DNA of 64,000 nt from Guillardia theta CCMP2712 (Eukaryota; Protista; Cryptophyta), in NCBI RefSeq assembly GCF_000315625.1, contig NW_005434643.1, positions 526,812 through 590,811 on the forward strand, read 5' to 3'. Each line of letters starts with the position of its first letter. Within the stretch, counting starts at the first letter, position 1. The notes under the pieces were generated by a model. That model did not search any database and was not told where the DNA came from. It saw nothing but the letters and a program-made list of their open reading frames with translations. This document shows positions 23,262 to 35,444 of the stretch, piece after piece. A program made the translations under genes and the position numbers.

Positions 23262-24259
23262 ACCGTCTCTACCCGTAGCTTTCTCCTTCCTCTCCTCTCA
23301 TGTCCTCCTCGCCCTCCTGCCTTCCTCGCTAGTGGTCTTGAGTAAACAGTCTCTCCTCCGGCATCTCCTCTCGCAGCGATCAGGCATATCAACTAGCCTG
23401 GCCTCCCAGGCGTCCATTTCCCTTCCAACCCCTCCCCTCTCCTTCCCCCAGCCTCTCAAACTCCTCACCTCCTCACAAATGACACCGCCATATTACAATA
23501 GGTTGGGAGAAGCCTCAAAAAACGCAATCATGGCAAAGCAACAGGAAGTCTCTTGAAATATGTTTCATATTCAACCGACAAAGCATTCAGGTAAAGGAAG
23601 CTAGGGCGTCAACATAACAAGGAGAATCGAATTTCCTTTAGGTCTTCGAAGGTTGCTTCTCTGATCGGTTCCCTTCATGTTTCCCTTCTTCTGGAAGTGA
23701 ATAACCAGCACCTATAGCTGATGAGTGCTTTGGTACGCAAGTGCAAATTTCGATGCATACCTTTCACATTCAACCTACTATAGGTGTGATTCTCAGCCAA
23801 GAATTGAGCTGTTTGATCTCAGTACTTGCCTGGCACTTTCAGGAGTTAACATTGAGGGGCCATGGTCCTTGACTGCGCTCAGCAGCTGAGCAAACAGTCC
23901 CTGAGTACATCGGGAGTAGTGGGATAGGGAAGGGCAAGTGTGAGGTCGTTTACAAGTGTTTTAGATTGATACGAGAAGTTTGCACTACCCCCTACCCCTC
24001 AACACGGGCTGGAGGCCGTTGGAAAGATTCAAATCATTTGAATACCTACCCCGAGCCACCTCATGATTATTTAGTCAACTATACACGCCTATTCATATCA
24101 AATAGAGGAAGGTTTTGCTCAACATTGCCCTTCTCGTCTTGGATGGCCCGGCAGCCCTGGCAAGGAAAAAGGTACATAAATTGACGGAGCCAACATTTTT
24201 AGCTCAATTTTCTCTTGCCGCTTTAATTTGACTAAAACTACTACGAGAACCACCCTGGT

Positions 24260-24900
24260 TGACTGATCCGACAAGGATACGGAACGGCAACGCTATGCGG
24301 CGGACGCCGCGGCGGGCCCCGCTGACCGAGGGCCCCCGCCGGACCCGACGCCGGGTCCGGCGTCCGCCGGCCGCCCGGCCGGGCGGCGGCGAGCAGTGCC
24401 AGCCCGCCCGCCGATCGGATTGCCAGTGGCTGAGCGGCCCGGCGCGGCGGCCGGCGCCGGGCCCCGCACGGCGGTGCGGCCCCCCGGCCGCGCCGGCCGT
24501 GATCGGACCGTCTGTGAGACGGTCCGATCGGAGGCTCAGCGAACGGCGGCCCGGATGTTCAAGGCTTCAACCCCGCCGCCGGGTTCCGAAACACGGTAGT
24601 ATTGGCGCTTCATTACAAGTTTAAATCATCATGCCATGGATCCGATGACGAGTCCCGGCGGAGTAGGCTGGTCACCCACTACCCTGGCATCACTGACCCA
24701 GCCTGAGGCACGGCAGCCAGGCTCTCAGTCACTCGCAGTACGGTAAGCAACTTGGCGCAGGGCGTCAGTCGGACGGCTGCCTCACACTGCTGAGCGGCGC
24801 TGCTTTCCTTGGATCGGCGCGGGCTGAACGGTCGGGCTTCCTGGCTCAGCCCGGCGGCTGGCACCGTCAGTCTCACGAGCGGCATGTTCGACACGCTGCA
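24260..24900. other. GC/palindrome-rich intergenic island 4
   Basis: CCGGCCGCCCGGCCGGGCGG, CCGATCGG twice, CAGTCACTC. Confidence 0.75.
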
Positions 24901-25286
24901 TGGACTGTGACATCAGCGAACGGGAGACGCTTGCACCGGGACAACCATGATGACGGCGCGCCAACGCTGAGCAAATGCACCCCCCAGCTGTCTGCGACCG
25001 GGAGCAAGGAACTGAGCGCCGCCAGTCCTTGAGTTTTGTAGTCCATCTTTCTCAAAGATTCTGGCAAGTGCAGCCCAACAAAAAACATACAATTCAAAGT
25101 TCCAGATTTTATCCCGCCGCCGTCGTCAGCCGCCTCCTCCTTCAACACAGCATCGTGATAGCAACGGCTGCCGTTCCACCAGATCAACCTGAACACGATT
25201 GCGTATCCTCCACAGTCCCACACAGTCGCACGCCATGCCGTGAGTCACTCGCCACAGCTGTCAGGCGAGCGCCTGCACTGGCACTC

Positions 25287-27144
25287 TTACATCTCCCGTT
25301 GAACCTTCACGTCCGGCCCGGCAGTGAAGGCGATGGTCTTCTTGGGAGCAGGAGCCGCCTTCTTCACAGTCCTCTGTGCCGACTGCTCAATGCCCGGAGG
25401 AGTCAAGCCGGCAGTAGACATGATTGCGTTCCTCACAGGTGTCACAGTGTACAGCAAGGTGGCCCATGTGCTCATCAGCGCCATGCCGAGGGCTCCGAAG
25501 GGGAAGGCGGATGGATCGTCCTTAGCAAGAGCAGCAGTTCCAAGCGTGAAGGCGGCTCCTCCTGTCGCAACTCCTCTGGCACAGCTGGACTTGACCTTGA
25601 GCCCATCCAAGATGGTCTTGCCGAAGTTTGCGCCCAGCATGCCCGTGATCACGGTCGCCGCTGTCACGAAGGCTGTGCTTGCTCCGATGTATCCGGCCTG
25701 AATGACAGCAAGAGCAGCTGTGCCGCGAGGGAGGACGGCGAGTCGGAGGATCTCAGATGCTCCGAAGAGCTTGCTGAAGAAAGCAATCATAAAAACCCCA
25801 GAAAACGCGGACCAGAAGCTTCCTCCGATGATTGGCAACCAATTAGGAAAGAGAGTCTTCCTTCTGCCGTAGAGTCCGAAGGCAAAAGACCAGATCGCTG
25901 GGGCAAGGAAGTACATAATGATGTTTCCAGGAGCAGCAAAGATCCCAGCTCCAGGCATTAGGTATGCGCGCAAAAGGTCGAATTGTGCCTTACCCACGAC
26001 TGCGCCGTAGACAGCGAACATTGCGTTGACAAGTACAAAGGCTGTCATGAGGTAATGCCAGGAGTTGTTGACGGCCTTGGGGAGCACGTAGGACAAGCGG
26101 TTCCCAGCAATGAAAGCGAACAAAGTGGCAGAAAACATGAAGATTGGGAGGGTAGTAGGAGAGGCAACAGCGCCAGCGAAGGTGACGGCCGTCGCCACAG
26201 CCCAGAGCCTCTCAAGGAAGGGCGAAAACGTCTTTGGCGCAGACGTCTCCAGCTCTGCCTCACCTGCTCACCATGATCACGATCAAACAAGCGTTCATGC
26301 TGCAATACTACCTCCTTTTGCCAGAGATTGAAGTCCAGTGGTGACGAACGCTGTCGATGAATAGCTTGCAAAGATCACGCATACAATGGCTGGAATCAAC
26401 TGTCAGGAGGATAAAAGTAGTCCTCAAGAATCTGATGTGACAAAAGAGTCGCAAGAGACCAATCTAATATCGGTGATATACTGGACAACTACTAAAAGAT
26501 GGGATTGAGTATTGTGCAATGGTTTGGTTTGAGGATCAAAGAGAATAATGATTTGCAGTACCCGCAAGCATCTTGGCAGCGTCGGCCCCAGTGACAGTAC
26601 TCGCTAGTTGCAGAAGAAATCAAAATACAGATGTCATGCGAAAAAGCATTGACGCATTACAAACCTGGAAGGGGCAAAACGACAAGAGCGGGAGTGTAGA
26701 AGAGAGGGAGAAAACGATTGAGGAGCGTGACACCGGGATTGAAAAACTTCACAACCTGGGCGCAACGTCTCAAAGATGGATAGGAAATTCTGGATCTGCA
26801 CATACCTTGGAGGCAGCTGTCTCGGGAATGGCCAGGAGAAAGGCGAAGAGTGAGAACATCCCAAAAAGAGGAGGCGGGATAACAGTGACGCCAAATTTCT
26901 TGAAGACTTTGATTGTCAGCGTGTTCAGACTGTTTCCATGCAATCAGCAATTCAGATTGATCGCAAGTGCCTCACAGAATCAGAACGGCCACAGATGGAA
27001 CGCTGTCCAGCAGTTTCGACACCTGGAGACGACCATGGGTCAGGCGCAGCATTTGGACACTGTTCCCTCCACACCACACCCGGCAACAAGAAAAATGCAG
27101 AAAAATGCAAGATATGCAGAGATATGTACCTGCTTCACCATCAT
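25287..27144 (-). CDS. PLGG1: LrgA/LrgB-domain transporter, PLGG1-like glycolate/glycerate translocator, multi-exon
   Basis: Exons read IPPPLFGMFSLFAFLL, FFNPGVTLLNRFLPLFYTPALVVLPL, FLAPAIWSFAFGLY, LAVLPRGTAALA, VITGMLGANFG and ARGVATGGAAFTLGTAAL. Candidate start ATG ATG GTG AAG CAG|gt at 27144/27141. Confidence 0.85.
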
Positions 27145-27817
27145 AGAAGGAAGATTTTGAGTAGAACCGTCTCCACTGGAGTCTGACGATGTTGCCTTTG
27201 TATACACCGTCAGGGATCACTTTGGAGAATGTGGAAGGGCAAAAAGAGCAAGAATCGCAGCAACAGAGCAAAGAGATTACCGTAAGCGGTGCAACGATAC
27301 CCCATTGCCTTTCGTTAGCCTTCAGCGCATTCCTTTTCGCCAATGGAACGTTGTCTAACAATTTGACCGTCACGGGCAAAACCACATGCCAGAAATCGAG
27401 CTACCACTCGACATTGCTCCAAGAGTCCTTGCTGAGAAGGCTGGACTAGCCATGGCTCTGTTTGATTGCAGTATGATTCAATTTGGGACAGAGAGGTAGA
27501 TTGGAGAGGAAGAAACAACGCGCACGGGAAGCATGCGATGGATTCTTACCTGGCATGTCTGGGAGCTGTAGAGCGGCCAAGAGGCAATGATGAACTGAAT
27601 GCATAGCACGCTGCTCCAACATTTCAGCTCCACGAATACCAGCAGACACAATTCATGTTTGCGATTTTCTTCCAGCGCGGGTCTTTCGTTTAAACAGACC
27701 GTCCTCTGTACCTTTCGGGACTCTGTAGTTCTCTACTTCTAGCTGACATGTTGTATGCTCTACTGTATCCCTCATTGGTTGATCTCGCCGTTTTGTTCAC
27801 ATAAGGTTTCTCTACAT

Positions 27818-28001
27818 TCTTCCCTTCCTCCCCTTCCTCCCCTTCCTCCCCTTCCTTCCCTTCCTCCCCTTCCTCCCCTTCCTCCCCTTCCTCCCCTTCC
27901 TCCCCTTCCTCCCCTTCCTCCCCTTCCTTCCCTTCCTCCCCTTCCTCCCCTTCCTCCCCTTCCTCCCCTTCCTCCCCTTCCTCCCCTTCCTCCCCTTCCT
28001 C
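27818..28001. repeat. 9-bp minisatellite (CCCCTTCCT)n, about 20 copies
   Basis: Visible tandem units with occasional CCCTTCCTT variants. Confidence 0.95.
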
Positions 28002-28946
28002 CGTGAACTTCACCTGTGCATGACGCGAGCACTAGAGTCTTGCTCAGCATTCCGACCGCCTCTCCCTCGGGATCCGCACCTCTACCCCTACCCCACCCTG
28101 CATCAACCAATCAAGTGACAAATTTGGTATCAGAACACTTCGAACATTTCGAGTAAATCTACAAATTTGAAATAAAGACACATCATTATGAACTGAGGTT
28201 GAAATCACTCGTACCTACCCTGTAGCCAGCCTTTCCTTGGCACACCTTTACATACCCCACCCCGTCTGTGAACTTGGCTCTGAGTTGATTGTCCCGCTGG
28301 AACACGGTACCCCTACCCTAGACTTTCTAGCCACCCCTTATACCTTCACCACCCCTCCTATCAAGTCGCATCTCGATTCTTGGCCTCCAGTTCCTGTCCA
28401 CATACCCCTCCCGAGCAGGCTCTTATACGGGGTAGTCTCTCAACTACCAACCTTAGTACAAATAATTTCGAGACCTTCTTTTAAATTTGGACATGCTCTT
28501 TTCAAACCACCATATTCATTTTTCACCTGCAGGAGGATGAAAAGCTGAAAACACCCCACCAGGCTTCGAAATCTAGAACGAACTAAAGTACCCATCATTT
28601 TCAGTGGCTTCTGCGGTATTTGGACGGGTCATGAGAAGGAAAGAACCACCGGCTCCATCAGCCTAATTCAAAAGGGTCGTGAAAATTATTGCTCGAGCCA
28701 CCGAGAGTTCCAAATAAACTGGGTTAGCTCAACTAATAAGAACTGGAGGGGCTTCGATGGCGGGAGAAGCGGGGCTTCAACAAGGAACTAGCTTGAGATG
28801 ACATTGTGACGGACAGGCTTCATCGTGACCTTGCTGATTCGGAATAGTAAGCAGCAAACTAGCTAGATCACTGGCTTTTGAGAATTATCCTTGCTCTGAG
28901 TCTCAAATCCTAATTGTTGGTACCGCCTCCCTCAAATACCTGCAGG

Positions 28947-29648
28947 ATGTCAAGGTGCGGAGATGCGGTGATCACATCTTACAGATTATCTATCCTGGTT
29001 TGTCTTCTATTATCGAGTCTCAATGTGATAGAAGGCATTGTACACAACAGAGGTGCAGCAAGTATACCGCGTTCTTCGAATATGGCCCAAGTTCAACATA
29101 GAAGGATGGCACGACTGAGGGGGGGCAGTACAACTGAACCTAGCGTTTCCGACGGCCCTCGATTTTTGTCTACCCCCGTGGAATCATGGATCGAGGAGAA
29201 TTTTCCAGTTCAATCGCGGAAGGAGTTTGGGCACGCGTGTCTTGGATTTGGTTCATGCATGGTAATCTTCTGTCTGATGCCTATCCCTGTGGTTGGCTGC
29301 TTTCTTAATCGCTCAGGGTTACTCACGGGGAACATTCTGATTTTTCTTGGTTCTATTCTCGTAGCTGGTCCGAGGGCTGTCCGTCGTTTCCTATTCTGTA
29401 AAAGCCGACGATTTGGATCGCTAGTAATGTTTGTCGGAGTTACATTAATGTGGAAACGGATTGTACTCCTGGGTCTTGTGATCGAACTTCTGGGCGTGGC
29501 GAGTCTTTTTGGGCCGTTCCTAGACAGCTTCTTGGGATTTCTTTCTCCCTGGGTACCTCGATCGTTGGGGGCTTGTTTCTCATTGATGCGGAAGATCTGT
29601 TGGGCATGGTCGTCCCCAGTTCTGAAGCTTTTCACACCTACTGTGTAA
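28947..29648 (+). CDS. GOT1: Got1-family vesicle transport protein with N-terminal signal peptide and RLRGG leader
   Basis: Four-TM Got1 pattern (FG...GFG..., LLTGNILIFLG...GP, GSLVMFVG, LGLVIELLG..SLFGPF) preceded by LSILVCLLLSSLNVIEG and MARLRGG. Confidence 0.75.
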   Translation: MSRCGDAVITSYRLSILVCLLLSSLNVIEGIVHNRGAASIPRSSNMAQVQHRRMARLRGGSTTEPSVSDGPRFLSTPVESWIEENFPVQSRKEFGHACLGFGSCMVIFCLMPIPVVGCFLNRSGLLTGNILIFLGSILVAGPRAVRRFLFCKSRRFGSLVMFVGVTLMWKRIVLLGLVIELLGVASLFGPFLDSFLGFLSPWVPRSLGACFSLMRKICWAWSSPVLKLFTPTV

Positions 29649-29873
29649 TGTAAACACCATACAGTGAAACTTTTTCTTGCAACCTTGAGTTTGTTTGGGG
29701 TATGAAAAAATGTATGTGAATGCCATAAACTATACTTTATGCAGATACTTCATTCCAAACTTTCAAACTTCGTCCTTTGAAGTTTTGATTGGCGTCATGT
29801 TCGACACGGCCTCGTTATTATCATACACATCATGGTACAGCCCCGTAGATCCGACTTGCTGCCATGCTGATCA

Positions 29874-30395
29874 TCATTTTTGCATTCTTTCTTTGCTTTC
29901 AACTTCCTTTTCAGCTTCCTGCACAGATTTTTCTTCGGGCTGTTGGCCTTTTTTATGTTGTTCAAACTTTTTCTTTGCACCGTTCATAAACTGATCAAAT
30001 CTAGCAAACATTTCTTCAGCTGCTGCCCTTTCCTTGGTCACTTCTTCATTGAACTTGGAAACAGTCTCCTTGGCCCTATCTCCAACCCACGAGACATCGT
30101 CGGACACTTTCTTCTTCGCCATATCTGTGACTTTAGCCACCTCTTTACCAGCGCTGTTCACAAATTCAGAAAATTTGTTTTGTGGTGATTCTTCATCTTT
30201 GCTATCCTGCATTCTAAGAGCCAAGTTTGGCTTAGTTGTTGCTGAAAGACTTTGCTGATGGTGTAAAGGTGTTGTGTTGCAACCGGTTCGACGGAGGCAG
30301 ACATGTTTGTGCATGGATGTCACTGTAACAAAAGGTGCTACTTCTACTGCACACATCAGAACAATGATGACCGAAAAGAGTGTTCGAGATCTCAT
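29874..30395 (-). CDS. Putative plastid-targeted helical protein (LEA-like composition)
   Basis: MRSRTLFSVIIVLMCAVEVAP-F signal plus a Ser/Thr/Arg-rich transit-like segment ending LALRM, then a charged amphipathic body. Confidence 0.6.
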   Translation of the reverse strand: MRSRTLFSVIIVLMCAVEVAPFVTVTSMHKHVCLRRTGCNTTPLHHQQSLSATTKPNLALRMQDSKDEESPQNKFSEFVNSAGKEVAKVTDMAKKKVSDDVSWVGDRAKETVSKFNEEVTKERAAAEEMFARFDQFMNGAKKKFEQHKKGQQPEEKSVQEAEKEVESKERMQK

Positions 30396-31483
30396 CCTGC
30401 GAAAGAAGGTCGTGAGTAACGTGACAAGATTTCCAAGAACGTCTTCAAGCCCCCCACCCCCATCCCCCAAAAAAGATCAAGGCAAACATTACAAGTTCTC
30501 AAATCAAAACCATTTGTTCTATGCACATTTCTGTAGACACTGCTGTCTTTCATAAAGTTCTCGTCCTTACTTTTATGTGTTCGAACAAACGGCAAGTCAC
30601 AGCGGAATCAAAGCTTAAACCGCATGAAAGCTGACAGAATTGGGGGCAGGCAAACAAAAACGACTCTGTTGGAGTCGGAATGCATCATGGCCTAAATTCG
30701 CTATTTACTTTCCTCTTTCTCCTGATTGTCAACTCGTTCTCGATCTCAAGCAGTCGCCATGCAAGGGCACAAAGGTTTCGTTCTTTGGTACCCCCTTATC
30801 CCTCCTCGCACCCTACCCTGGACTTGAACCCACCCACCCCCTAATGTAATTGATAGCACCCCTCCCCATTTTTCCCGCAGCACACCCCCTACTCCCCATC
30901 GACACCCTCCATATTACCCTTTTTCCTACCCTTTGCCAGCTTCACCTTGCTTACCACAACTCATCCCTACCCACCCCTTCTATACTTATTACCTGCAACA
31001 GAGTAGAAGAGTGGGGTAGACAAGATTTGGACCCGGTTGCAGTCAAAACTGACCTGGGGATGGGTAGGGGTACCCTATGAGACCACAGGGATTTTGTATG
31101 CCGCAAAGCAAGCAAGTAGTGAGTAGGGGTGGTACCCATGATTTCTGGTGTCGATGACGGGCTGGTGGGGTGGACCGTAAGAAATAGAGAGTTTTATTTG
31201 AAAAAATGGCGGGGCTGGGAGGCCAGGGTTTTATTATATAAAAACTATTTACAGAAACTCTAGGTACAAAAATTAAATACGGGGCTGTCAAAATATTTTT
31301 AACACCAATCGCTGCAATATTGATACTATTGCTGTCGCCAATCTTCTCTGGCGCCTTGTCGAACGACCAAGAACTGTTATATAATCAAAAGTACAGCACA
31401 CAAATAATTTTACAAACTGTCAGGTCTGTTAAATTAAATGTAAAAAAATCCTGGTACAACTCTTGTACGAAAGTGATACCACA

Positions 31484-32966
31484 ACTCTCACAACTTTTTT
31501 CCGGTTCTGACACAAGCATGTTGTTCGAGCATAGTGCGAGGGCATGCGAGGAATCGATTGCCGACTGGTTCAAGCTCTCCTGACCAGAGATTCTTTCCAT
31601 CAACAAGTTTGAAATCATGGTAGCTGCTCTCCCAAAGGACTGGGTTTCCAATGGACACAATAGCTTGGATGAATTAACATCAATGGTGGACTTCCAGTGT
31701 ATTAGTGCCAGCTGCTCAAAGATGATCCTTTGTTGACCTGGGTCGAGAAATGCAGTAGGCTGACTAATTTGACATGTATTGAATACGACTTGAAGTCTTA
31801 ACTCTGCTATCCTTGCATCATTCTTGTCGTTTCGAGAAGTAAGAGCAGGATTCGATCCTGAAACTAGCATAGATGCAAAAAAAAATCATTATACCGATCT
31901 CGATTTGGGAGCATACTGCAAAGTCACATCTAGATACAATCCGTATGCTGGCATAAGACTATCACAATGATATGATCGTAACAAGTTAATGATCTTTCGC
32001 TTCACGAAAAAGAAAGCAGAGATTTACCTCAGTTTTTTAGTACTTGATCCCAGTGTGGAACATTCCATGCATCGATTGTCCAAGCTTCGATCATTTTTTT
32101 TTTGTGATGAAACATCTGTTAGGACACAGAACTGTTGAAGGTGTGCACTTAGTTGAATTTTTGAATAAATGACATCCTAAATCTCCCAGAAGAGTATCAG
32201 ATGAGTTTCGAGCATCCCAAGGAGGTTTGGTAGGATAAGCCTAACAAAGCTCTAAGCACCAACAATAGTGAACTCATCACAAACAAAAAATATAAATGCA
32301 TTCTTCTGCTTCAACGCTCACGAATTAATCTGTACTTTCCCCGCAATGTTTCAGATAACTTCCTTGCATAACTGCATGGACTGATGTGATATGAAGCATC
32401 ATTGAAAGATACAAATCTATATTACAATAAACGATACTTCAAAACTTTTGGTCCTAATATCCAAGAAATTCAACCTGTGGCAAACCAAACTCTGGAACAT
32501 GACAGGAGTCTGCAAAGACAGGACTTTGGTCATCACTCTGGATGAACCAATCAAGCCACTGCTTGTCGATCGAGCTCATTCCTTCTTCAGAATTCTCTTC
32601 CTCTCTTGCCGAGGAACAACTCTGGTCCTCTGCCTCAGGACGGTGAGCCGTTTCCGAGTCATCGTCATCGTCCTCAGCGAGTGACTGCGGAGAGCTGACT
32701 TCGGCGTGAATCTGTTCAACTTGTCTGGATGAGGAGGCAGACCCATCAAACAGAGGAAGCTGAGAAACAGCAGAGCTTGCTGATTGGGAGACTGGACTTG
32801 AGGAGTTGGAACCTCTTCGTTCGACGATAGAAGGATCAATTTCGACGTCAGTCTGGCGGGATCTAGAATAAGGCCATCTGCTAACGCCCAGGCGACGGCA
32901 TGCAATCTTCAAGCTTGTCATCGAAATGCCCTAGAGAAAGGTTGTGAGAAATCGAGAAATCAACTG
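31484..32966. repeat. Segmental duplication copy A (direct repeat of 35445-36913)
   Basis: Colinear match from ACTCTCACAACTTTTT to GAGAAATCAACTG, offset about 3.95 kb. Confidence 0.95.
32454..32930 (-). CDS. RWP-RK protein exon 2, lacking the cognate exon 1
   Basis: GISMTSLKIACRRLGVSRWPY; 3 aa differences from copy B over 155 aa; homology stops inside the intron at 32966. Confidence 0.75.
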   Translation of the reverse strand, partial: GISMTSLKIACRRLGVSRWPYSRSRQTDVEIDPSIVERRGSNSSSPVSQSASSAVSQLPLFDGSASSSRQVEQIHAEVSSPQSLAEDDDDDSETAHRPEAEDQSCSSAREEENSEEGMSSIDKQWLDWFIQSDDQSPVFADSCHVPEFGLPQVEFLGY

Positions 32967-34063
32967 TCCACATTACTCCTCATTGTCTCACAAACGTATA
33001 TCATCAACAGTTGTATAGCCATCAAGATCGCTGGATGTCTTGCCCGTGCTGGTTTGTCATCTTGCCTGGTGCAGCGTTGTTTCTTACAGTTTACCTGCAG
33101 TCTGGATTTTGTGATTTTGCGGTGTGCACCCTTTTCTTTCAAGTGGAGGTACGGAACTTTCTCTCCTTGCTGGGAGCTCAGGCGAAAGGCAATGAGGATG
33201 GCCGAAAGACTAGCGTATCGAACCAAATCCCTCTCGTCTTGAGCACTGCTGGGGTCCTGTTCGCATTCCTGGCACCTTCTAGTGTCGCCTGCGCGTTCAG
33301 TTCGGTTCGCGTCGCTTCCCGTCACTGTCGCTGCACTTGGAGAATTGATTCCTTCACTCATTCCGCGCGATCTCTGTACCACATGACTGGAATGAAGGTG
33401 GCGTATGACCTTTTCGGGGTCTTCAGCTGAACCAGCAGCCTCTGTAATGGAGTCTGTGGGTAAGTTTTGTTGCATACTGAATCTTGGCAGTGAGACTTTG
33501 ATAAGCTAGAGCCAAGCTCTCGGGATCGTCATGGCAGCCAGGCCTGCTCGAAGTTGTGATTGATGGAAAGCAAACGGACACTTGGACTAGCAGACGCTGT
33601 CTTCTCGGTAGATATAAGATTGACCGGATGGGCAGCAAGATTTGACAAAGACAAAACAAGTGAATCGGAAGCAACTTCTCCGGGCGAGGGCAAGATCGCC
33701 ATGCAGGGTGGGAGGAATCATGAGAGATTGGATGATTTGCACGACAAGTAGTTCTACAACAGAAGAGCAACTGGTACCTTCAAGCATCTCTCGGGGGTTG
33801 AGTTGTGTGGTATCTAGCTACACAATTTATTCATCGTCCCTAACAAGATGTTCCGTGGGATGTTTCTTGTGCGAAGCTTTCAACTCTGGAGCAGGACAAC
33901 CGGCTCTACTTTTCTTGGTTCCTTCAACTTTCTTGAGCATTCCAGTTGCTGCTACCCTGAAGTATGAGCTCGGAAAAATGGATTAAATAGCCCAGCGGAA
34001 TAAACTCCCTTATTATTCAACACAGTGGCCGTGGCATTGCCCGACTCGGACTCGGTCACGCCG

Positions 34064-35053
34064 TCAAATCTCGGTACATACTGTTCCCTGCAGAACGGAC
34101 TGACCCTGTAGATTCGTACGTCCTAGCATGATCGCTGCGGAGGGCTGAAATGCTCCAGTTTGGCTCGCTTCGTAGTGGCCCTCCCTTCTCTTGATCGCTG
34201 CTCTCAACACTTGTAGCCCCTCTCTGAACTGTTCCGTGAACTCCTCGCCTATCAAGTCGGCGGCAGCAATGAACCTTCTCAACCATACCAGGGGGAAGCG
34301 AGACAGGCAGGCTGTCAGAGCCTCAGGATCTTGAAGCACCATCCTCAGAGCACGGCCACCGAGGTCGAAACGCCCTGACTCGACCAAGGTGGCGATGTCC
34401 TCCACGCCGTTGATTACAGAAGAGTTGAGCATCGACTCGACAGCAGGGTTGCTCAGGGCCTGATCTTGATCGAACACAGCAATGTGGGCGATGACCAGGC
34501 ACTTAGGTCGCATCGGCAGCAACATCCTCTCGATGGCGCGGTCGGTAGCGCCTGTGATGCGAACATCATCGAGGAATATCAAGTTCCGTTGAAAGACAGC
34601 CTCCTCGGCAACTGTGTACGTCATGGCCTTGTGGGTAGCCTCCCTTTCAGTAAGGCTGCGGGTAGCATAGTCTTTCCCGAAGTTGGCGCTGCTTCGGTCC
34701 ACCACGAGCAAATCAGCATCGCCTGTCACCCCCTTGCCTCTCCGCGCTTTGTTGATCTCCTCGACAGTGTAGGAAGAGAGGTACGTGCTGGCGATTGGGA
34801 GGCCTCTGAAGCAAACTACGAAGCGAGGAGGGCTATCGGCAAACGCGACCTCCGGGACTTCCCGGAGAATCGCCTTTGCCGCCATCACAGCAAATCTACG
34901 AGTGCATTCACTATCGCCGTGCTTCATTGAACTGTAATCTTGAAGAGGAAAGGGCTCCTTGGTGCGCAGGTCCAACACTGACTTCTGGTTGCCAGCATCG
35001 GCAGACTCAAAGAGGCCGATGTTGCTGGCACAAACGTATATCAAGGGTGTCAT
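34064..35053 (-). CDS. Type I phosphoribosyltransferase-fold protein (PRTase_3/ComF-like), intronless
   Basis: DYSSMKHGD N-terminal motif, DYATRSLTERE and PRPP-loop LIFLDDVRITGAT. Likely ATG at 35053. Confidence 0.75.
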   Translation of the reverse strand: MTPLIYVCASNIGLFESADAGNQKSVLDLRTKEPFPLQDYSSMKHGDSECTRRFAVMAAKAILREVPEVAFADSPPRFVVCFRGLPIASTYLSSYTVEEINKARRGKGVTGDADLLVVDRSSANFGKDYATRSLTEREATHKAMTYTVAEEAVFQRNLIFLDDVRITGATDRAIERMLLPMRPKCLVIAHIAVFDQDQALSNPAVESMLNSSVINGVEDIATLVESGRFDLGGRALRMVLQDPEALTACLSRFPLVWLRRFIAAADLIGEEFTEQFREGLQVLRAAIKRREGHYEASQTGAFQPSAAIMLGRTNLQGQSVLQGTVCTEI

Positions 35054-35193
35054 TGATCGCAAGGGGGTTTCAGTGAGATGCTGCTTGTGTTGTAGGATCG
35101 ACAACAAGGACTGGAGGGAAAGGGAAAACTGGAGGAGGGGGGGGGACTACGAAGGTCGAGGAAAGTGCCTTGACATAAGGACGTTTGATGTCC

Positions 35194-35368
35194 GACAGTC
35201 CTCCCCAAACTTTTGAGAGATGATCCCCTCCTTTCTCCCATCTCTTTGCAATTTTGAGGCAGGGTGGGGTGGTTTTTTTCCCCGATCGGACAGTCCTCCC
35301 CAAACTTTTTAAGAGGTGATCCCCTCCATTCTCCCATCTCTTTGCAATTTTGAGGCAGGGTGGGGTGG
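35194..35368. repeat. Two ~95-bp direct repeats upstream of the PRTase
   Basis: GACAGTCCTCCCCAAACTTTT...TCTCCCATCTCTTTGCAATTTTGAGGCAGGGTGGGGTGG twice. Confidence 0.9.
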
Positions 35369-35444
35369 GTTTTCAGTCCCCCGGTTGTGGATTAGTTAGA
35401 GCCTCTGGAATTCATGAAAAAGATGATATCATCACTGGTGAGTC

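Noticed and set aside
24975-25961. 328-aa + strand ORF, and similar antisense ORFs over Cdc14, the helicase and CFAP298
   Set aside because: Shadow frames opposite well-supported genes.
27690-28110. (EEG)n or (RGG)n protein
   Set aside because: Translation of a near-perfect 9-bp minisatellite without synonymous variation or a good start.
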